Shown here piece by piece: positions 52,553 to 61,500 of a stretch of 64,000 bases of DNA. Numbering within the stretch: position 1 is the stretch's first letter; every line of letters begins with the position of its first letter. The position numbers and the translations under genes are program-made. The notes under the pieces were generated by a model, which was not told the origin of the DNA, did not search any database, and saw nothing but the letters and a program-made list of their open reading frames with translations. Origin of the DNA: Candidatus Woesearchaeota archaeon (GTDB lineage Archaea; Nanobdellota; Nanobdellia; Woesearchaeales; GCA-023898365); NCBI GenBank assembly GCA_023898365.1, contig CP060219.1, positions 334,688 to 398,687 of the forward strand, given 5' to 3'.

Positions 52553-55500
52553 GGAGGATTATCCGCCGTAGCCAAAAAGACAATTAATGTCGACTTAATT
52601 CCTGGCGTCTCATATGTAGGAATGGTAATTTTGAAATCTACTTGTGCCTGATCTTTCGTGTCATTATACTGTAATGTGTGGATGAAACGAGTTGAAACAT
52701 TCGTCACATTAAGCCAACTCGTCGAACTGCCTGTTGTGTTAAACGAAGAAGCCTCATCTTGATCGGCTTTGTACTGGAAGTAAGAGGTGTTGAGTTCTTC
52801 AGTAACAAAGAAACTCTGCGTTGCATTTATTGAAACATTGATGCGCACATTACCATCATTACGAATAACCATAGGAGAAGGGTCATCATCAGTCGAATCA
52901 TCAGTTACCCCCGGATTAAGATTTGAGAAATCAGTCTCATTCGTGACAAGAGAAATACTCACCACATTAGTTACATTAAAGAAATGAGGTGAAGAAAAAT
53001 TAGAACAGCCGTAAAAATCACATGCACGCACTTGGAATTGGAAGGAGCCAGAACTATATTGGGCCAACGTACATAACTCAGTTGTTGTTGTATAATTGTT
53101 GATGTTTTGCGACGAGTTTAGCAAGAAACCATAACAACCAAGACCACTTGGCGCCGTTAAGTTAACCGTGTAGTTAATATCATCTCCGTCCGCATCAGTT
53201 GACGCCGTCCAATTAAATGTAGGGAAACGATTCGTTATTGTTGATTCATTATCAGGATAATCAAGAACAGGAATGGAAGGAAGAGAATTTCCAATAGAAA
53301 CCGCATCAGAATAATTGGTACTTCCAGACCCCGCATTTCCATCATAAGGAGTCACGGTGCAATTCCATGATTCACCAAAAGACGTATGAGCATAATGTAA
53401 AATGCTTGAATCTCCAACTCCCGATGTTTGACCGGATTCGTTTGCAGAAGAATAGTATGCGTCGTTCTTAAACCACGAAACATTTGCCCATAATGTTTCT
53501 CCAGGATTGGAATCGGTTATGGTAAAAGAACATGTCAAATTCTGCGTCGCATTAGGATTTGATGGAGTGATGACGGGTTTATTTACTGAAGGATCAGAAT
53601 TTACAATGCTTAAATTAGTTGAGTTTCCCCAAGAGGATTGATACACTCCATCATCCAATTGAATGCTACAATTCCAATTCTCTCCAACCGACGTATTGTC
53701 GCTTGTGAGAATTGCATAGAATGCTTGGCTTGAGGGATAGTCGTTATTGTAATACCTTGTTTGGTCAAGAACACCATCTTTGAACCAGCGAACAGAAACA
53801 TTTAGATTGTCAAGATCGGAATCATAAATAGTTGCAGAACAATTCAAGTATTCATTGGAACTGTTCATGCCATTTTCTGAACGTAGTTGAGGCGAAGGAG
53901 TTGTTGGCGCAACAGTAACAACAGTCAAATTCACACTATAACCCCATCCACTAAATTCTGCGCCATCGTCAAGACGCATCGCACACGACCAATTATCGCC
54001 AACAGAAGTGTTTGTATAACCCAAAACAGTATCAACAGCAACTTCGTTCGCGTATGAATTGTTGTAATAATCAGTTCTGTCTAATACTCCATTAAGATAC
54101 CATCTCACCGTCACATTAGTGTCATTTCCATTTGGATCATTAACTTGCGCGAAACAATGCAGATCCTGTCCTGTCGCGTTCGAACCATCAGTTGAGTTGA
54201 TTCCTGGCAAAGGAGTATCAGGAGTTGTTGCACCTGGGTCAACGGTAACTTCGCGCGAGGAAGTAGCAATGTTTCCCGCACCATCAATTGCCCACGCAGA
54301 ATAGCTATAGGTTGCAGGAGAGAGATCGCTCTGGTTTCGATATAACCTATTTACTGTGTTGTTATACACCGAACTTATTTCTGCAGCAGTTAAATTGGTG
54401 TTCCAAATTATAAGTTCGTCGAGCATACCTTCAAAGGGTTTGTTAGAGTCACGAATATCATAACCAACAGCCAAATCTCTTGCTGAAAGAATATTTCTTG
54501 CAGTTCCCCCCGTAGAATTGTCTAAAGACCCATCAATGTACACATATGCTGTTGATGATTCTCGCACCACCACCACGTGATGCCACTCTCCATCATCAAC
54601 TGATGATGCAGAATTTAATTGGAATCCATAACTTCCAGACCAATCATAAAAGTATATTGGTCCAGTAGCACGAACAAGAACAGAGTATTGGCCGGTTGTT
54701 ATCTCATCCCGTTGTTGCAGAATTGTTTGCCAGGTACCGGTGCCGTTCGTTTGTAACCAGAAAGAAACAGTAAACGGACCAGTGCCTGAAAGAGGGCCCG
54801 AATCTGTGGGAAATTCTAAATGATTGTTTGTTCCATCAAAATATAAACCGTTTCCATACATGGCAGGAGCAACATCATTAATTGACAACCCGTCCGTGAA
54901 TCTTCCGAAATTATTGTTAGAAGAGTTATCTTTAACACCAGTGGTGTTAACATATTCAAAATTGTAATAGGCAACAAGTGATCCATCCCAATCAAAAAAC
55001 GCGGAGGTGTCAAGCGAATCACTTATTGAAGTGTTCAAAGTAGCGTGATTAAGTGTTCTTGAAGAGCCATCTACTGGTGTTGGCGAGAGCCAAGTAATGA
55101 CTGGAGGAGTCGTATCTGCAAGAACTGAGAACGTGTCCGATGTCGACATCATGTTTGCGTCAGTGTCAATTGCTTGAAGATTAATCGAATACAACCCAGT
55201 CACCGTCAAATTTTGTGGTGTTAAGTTAATATCACCTGTTGCGTCAGTTGATGAAAATATGACCGTGCCATTGGGATACGTGACATTGAAAAGAACGGTG
55301 TCAAGTCCTGACCCGTCAACAGCTGACCAGTTCACGTAGATAGTGTCGACAGACAAAGTAGCAGTAGATGCATTTTTGTATATTTCAACAAGCGGGTCGA
55401 TAAGTACAGTATATGACCTATTTGCAACAGTCATATTTCCCCCTGCATCTATTACGATTGCAGAGAAATTGTAATCAGCGTTTGATAAGCCGGTGAAGTT

Positions 55501-58500
55501 ATGGTGCAAGCGATACAGACCATTATTGTACGACGCGTTAATTTCTTCTACGGTGAGTGCACGTTTATGGAACACGACTTCATCAAGATCTCCATTGAAA
55601 GCAAACCAACCCGCACCTGCGTTAGGCCAGGACGTACCAAAACCAATACCAATGTGATTATAATTCATAGATAAGTGATTTATTGCGCCGTTTAACGTGC
55701 CAACATACACGCCGTCCAAATACATACGCTGCGTAGTTGTTTCTCCGACAAGTGCGACATGGTGCCATTGACTATCATTGACAGTTCCTGCTGTTGTTAT
55801 CGGGTTCTGACCCCCAATCCAATATTCTCCCCTCAGTTTACCATCGGTACCAACATAGATGATCGGCACCCAGTTTGCAGGATTTGTAGGATAGGCAGTG
55901 TTTTGATAACCTAAAATTACCCCGTTGGCACTTGTTTTAAACCAAGTCATAAAAGTGATTTCTGTGTTGTTGCGCACTAAGCGATCGGTAATTCTCAAAT
56001 GATCATTCGTACCGTCAAAGTTTAATGCAGTTCCTCGTTTTCCAGGCACCAAATCTGAAACGCTTAATCCATACGCAAAGCTCGCAAAACGCGGATTGCT
56101 TGAATTACCATAGGCGCCAGACGAGTTCGTGTAATCAAAACTCCAATACGCCATAACATCATCATTGAATTCTAAAATTGCAGATGTTTCCAAAGCATCA
56201 GTAGTAGTTGTGTTCAAACCAGCATATGATTCATAAGAAACTTCTCCCTGAGAAGGCGTGGTGGACTCCCAAGTCACTGTTGGGTAAGGAGATGTTGCAA
56301 CGAGAGCTGAAGAGTTGCCAAACGAACTTTGACTAGTGCCATCATCAAGACGCATACTGCAAATCCACTGATCACCTTGTGTGATATTACTCTTTGTTAA
56401 ATTAACAACAATGAGCGAACCTGAAGCAAAGCTTGAGTTGTAATAGCGAACTTGATCAAAAACACCCCCCTTATACCACCACACGGTCACGTTCAAATCA
56501 TCATCGTCAGGATCCACAATGGTTGCATTACAATGAAAATCTTCATCTGATGCATTCAAACGAGAGGTGGCATTAATCCAAGGTGTTGGTGTTGTAGGGC
56601 CAAGGTTGAGAATGGTAAGTCCTGTACTGTTTCCCCAAGCACTCTGGTTTGTACCATCATCAAGACGCATACTACAATTCCAAATATCGCCAACAGATAA
56701 GTTTCCAGATGAAAGATTGAAAACGACAGTGGAGTCATCAGGATAACTGTTGTTATAATAATCAGTTCTGTTTAAGAGGCCGTTTTTGTGCCAGGTCACT
56801 GTCACATTCATATCTGAATAATCATAATCTGAAATAGTGTCAAAACAGTGCAAGTCTTGCGTGGTAAGATTCGTGCCATCAGTTGAATTAATTTCAGGCG
56901 TTGGTGTGGTTGGGGCAGTATGTGGCGAATAACCAGAACTTAATGCGTGGTAATCATCATCGAACTTAGCAACACTATAGGTGTCGTCACAAATACCGTC
57001 ATTGTCATCATCGGCACAAATTTGTGAAAATCCACCGGTTGAATTTGCCCAAAAATTACCACCAATGGTTACACCAGAACCATATATGCGGTTTCCGGTT
57101 TGAACTGAAGTGTTCCAAGCATTATAACCTGAACCAGCAGCAACATTGTTTGTGTTGTTAAAGAAATTGTTGTAAATGGTGATAAGTTCAAACATGCCTG
57201 GACCACCAGAGCTTGAAAGTTCTAAACCATAATTGGTGTTGTTTGCAAACCAATTATTATAGATACTAATGATATCGGTATTTGAAACAAACATGCCACT
57301 TCCTAAGTTATTTGTAAATGTATTGTTGTAATAACCACCGTAGCTCAAACCCGACAAATATAATCCTTCATCTCCGTTGTTTGAGAAATTACTCTGGAAG
57401 ACATTAATAAATGAAGAAGTTCCAACAGACACATACATACCATCATCGGCGTTGTACGTGCTTGTTACATTCTTGAAATCATTTGGTTTTGACGAGCTAG
57501 TAACGGTAATCCCATAATTTGCATTCGAAACAAACGCAGAATCATTAATCTCATTGCTCGAAGAACTCGAAGTAATTTCAAGACCGTTATACGTATCACG
57601 CACCGTCACATTCGTGATGGTCGCAGAGTCTGTTTCGACAAGCGAGATGCCGTTGTTTTCTTTATCAGTGTGGTCCATAAGAACATCAGTTACTGATGCT
57701 CCGTCAGCATTACAAAGAATGAGTTGTGAAAGGTTGTTGTTCCATCCTTGGATTGTTCGAGAAGTGTTCACGTACACGATTGGTTTGTTATCCGTGCCGT
57801 TCACGTTAACCAGATTGTTACCGGTACAAGTTGCAGTTCCCGTTATGTAAAAGTCATATTGGGTGTTATTCAAGAATCTGCTATTTTTAAAGGTGTTTCT
57901 GCTGCCAGAAGAATAGGCCACCCCACTTATTTGGTTTCTCAAAATAGAAACATTCGTGAAGTTAGAATATGCTGCGGCAATCATGCTTAGACCATACTGC
58001 GTATTCCCATGCGAGGAGACATTTTCAAAAGAAACATTATCAGAATTTACGAATCGAATTCCATACGTTGTGCCGTTGTAAAATTCTGAATTGTAAATGT
58101 GCGCATAATCTGAAGACAATACGTAGATGTTGTAATTAAATTCTTTTGCCACACAATTGTTCACGGTAGCGTTATACGATGAAGAAAGCACGTAGATACC
58201 AAAACTTGCACCAGTGCCGTCAACGTAATTTCCTTGGCAGTCAAGAGAAACATTTGCGGCGTTAATGGTCAAACAATTTCCAGCAGCATAATTATCAACA
58301 GATGATTTGAGTTCGAAATCTCCTCGTCCACCAATGGTGTCCCCGCACGTCACCGCATTAGTAACGGACAAGTTTGTGCTGTTCGTAAAACCACTCAAGC
58401 CAGTGCCATCATCTAAGCGCACACTACAATTCCAATTATCGCCAACGGAAGTGTTACCACTTGCAAGCGCGGCACTAAACGACGTGCCATTCGCATAGCT

Positions 58501-61500
58501 GTTGTTGTAATACCGCACTTGATTAAAGACGCCATCCTTATTCCAAAACACCGTCACATTCAGCGCATCGCCATTCGGATCAGAAATCGTTGTTGAACAA
58601 TTTAAGTTCTCATACGACCAATTATTTCCTGTTGCTGTTCGTAAAGAAACAGAAGAGGGGGCAGGAGGAGGAGAATTACCTTCTCGCACATCAAGTGTCA
58701 ATACATCAGTTTGCAAGAAATTATCGTGCACTGCAAATACGGCAATTGCGTTATCAATACTTGATACCGTATATAACTTTCCGGAGAGCAAAAATATTCT
58801 TCCCACACCATCAAGAGAGTAAGGTTCTGCACTATCAACGTATTGGAAAATAGGAACAGGGTTGGCAGGATTTGCAACATCAAGAACAGTAACCGAGTCG
58901 TTATCATAAGAACTCGCAAATAAGTAATTTCCTGAAATGGCAAGCCCTTCAGCATCAGCCACAGAGTAAGGCAGTCGTTCTTTTGAATAATTTCCAACAA
59001 ATACTGGGTTAGCAGGATTGCTTAATTCAAAAATACTAATAGCGTCCGTGATTGTTGAAAAAGATACGGAGACATACACATAATTATTTTCATAAACCAT
59101 TTGCTCAGTGCTGGTAAGAATTGATGTGGGCGTTGCAAGATACTGCCCAACACCGACAAGATTGCTTGGATCGGAAGCGTTGAGAACAGTAAAAACGTAA
59201 TCATTATCTCCCACTACATAAACATAGTCTCCATTAACATAAAGTACGTTAGCACCGTCAACGCTGTAAGGAGGAGTGGCCGTCGTATAATTTTCAAAAG
59301 GAACAATTGCGGAAGGATTACTCACATTAACTAAAGTAACAGAATCATCAATCTGAGAAGTGACATACGCAACATCCCCAACAACCATTATTGCATCAGC
59401 ATAATCAAGAGAATAAGGAGAAGCACTGCTCACATGATCATCTAAAAAAGTGATAGCGTCAGGATTGGAAACATTGACAAGTGTCAAACTGTCATCATAG
59501 AGCGACACAACATATGCGATGTTATCTTTGACAAATACATTTTGAGAAGTGTCGACAGAACCTGGAGGGGCATTATCCACATAATCATCGCGAGGCCCCA
59601 TACCTGCAGGATTAGATACGTCAATGAGCGATAATGAAAAATCATCATAGGAAGTAACATAAGCAATTGTTCCAACAACATACAAGCCGAAAGCACCATC
59701 AAGTGAAGCAGGGCCCGATCCTGCAGATGTGCTCCCTAAAGGACTTAAGAAAGAAACTTTTTCTCCTTCGACAAGAACCGCAACTTCTTTTGTTGAAGCG
59801 TTAACATAGTATGAGCCTCCACTTACTACGGGACTGTTCAAAGAAAATTCTGTTGCAGCTCCCGATTCAGAATAATTCAATTGAACCCATGCGTTTGATG
59901 TCCAATTCCACAAACTAATGTTGACTGTGTATCCTGAATAATTATCTCCAAAACCTTCCCAGCTTAAAGTAATATTATCAATCGCGCTTGCGTTATAGAT
60001 ATTCGCGCTCAAATTGTACACATAGACTTGACTGTTAATTGTGTTGTTTGTGCCATTCAAATCTGTTTTCCATCGACGATCATCGCTCGCGTTCATGTAA
60101 AAATAATCAACCTCAGCACCTTCAGACAAAGAAGGATCGAAAGGACCGGTTGGTGTTCCTTGCATTTCGTAAATGGAAAGATTGGTGTGACCAATAACAA
60201 TTTCTAAATTTGACGAAGCATTCCAAGCAGAATAATTTGTACCATCATACACGCGCATCGCACAAGACCAATTATCGCCAAAAGTTGTTAGCGTGTTTGA
60301 TAGGTTAATAACGAGAGCACTATTATTACCATAACCATTCCAATAATACGCTGTGTGATTGTAGCGATCGTTCAAGAACCATTTAACAGTTACGTTCATA
60401 TCATCATTATTTGCATCATAAATGGTTGCAGCGCAATGTAATTCCTGACTTGTTAAGTTGGTTCCTCCAGAAGTGGTCAGAGAAACCGCTCCAGTATACG
60501 GAGCAGCATTGACATCACCGGCAAGAGGAGCATAATCGACATTATTTCCATCAAGCGTTTTGTCCGTATCACAAATTCCGTCGGCGTTGCCATCAACACA
60601 CGTTTCAGAATAGCCCGTTCCTGTTGGTGTTGCCCAGTAATTACCACCAATTTTTGTTCCCGCACCAAACACGCGATTTCCTGTACCTTCTGTCGTGTTC
60701 CAATAGTTTACATAGGACGTGCCACCGATAAACTCATTTGTTGTACTATTAAAGAGATTGTTGTAGAGTCTGTTCGGATTGTTTAACCCGGCACTTGTCA
60801 AAGCGATCGATCGTGTTCCCGCATCTTGAAAGGTGGAGTTTGCAACGACCGTGCCCCTCGATGAGGCAAGATACAATCCGTACGAACCAGCTGAAAAAGA
60901 ACTCACGTTGCTAAGCGTGTTGTTAATTGATGAGGAGATATAATACCCGGTTGTAGCGGCTCCTTGAGAAGTTATATTCGTTATACGATTTCGGTGACTT
61001 GAAGTCAACTCCACATCATATTTGAATCCTCCAAGAGAAACATTAGAAATTGTTGCATCGTCAGTTAAATACAAGTACAACCCACTGTTGATGTTTGAAG
61101 TAACCACCAAAGATGAGTTAGCAACAACTGAATTATCCGCGTTACACAGAATAAGCATTGAAACATTATTGTTCCAACCAGAAATGGTCGAGGTCTTGTT
61201 ATATAATGCAATTGGTAAGTTTTCTTCCCCCGTAACATTTTGCAATGTTAAAGAACAAGAATAAACAGTTAAGTCTTTGATCGATTCGCCTGTGAATGAA
61301 GAGTTATACAAGTTATTGTTAAACGAGTTGGCAGTAAAATACATTCCTGAACCAGCCGAACTGGTTACGTTAATGCGTTCAAACGAATTACGATATGAAT
61401 TGGTGACCCAAAAACCATCGTCACCCCCTGAACTGTTTGCTTTGACAAACCAAGAATCGTTTATGCGATCAAGCAAATAATCAGGACCTTCGGCAGAACC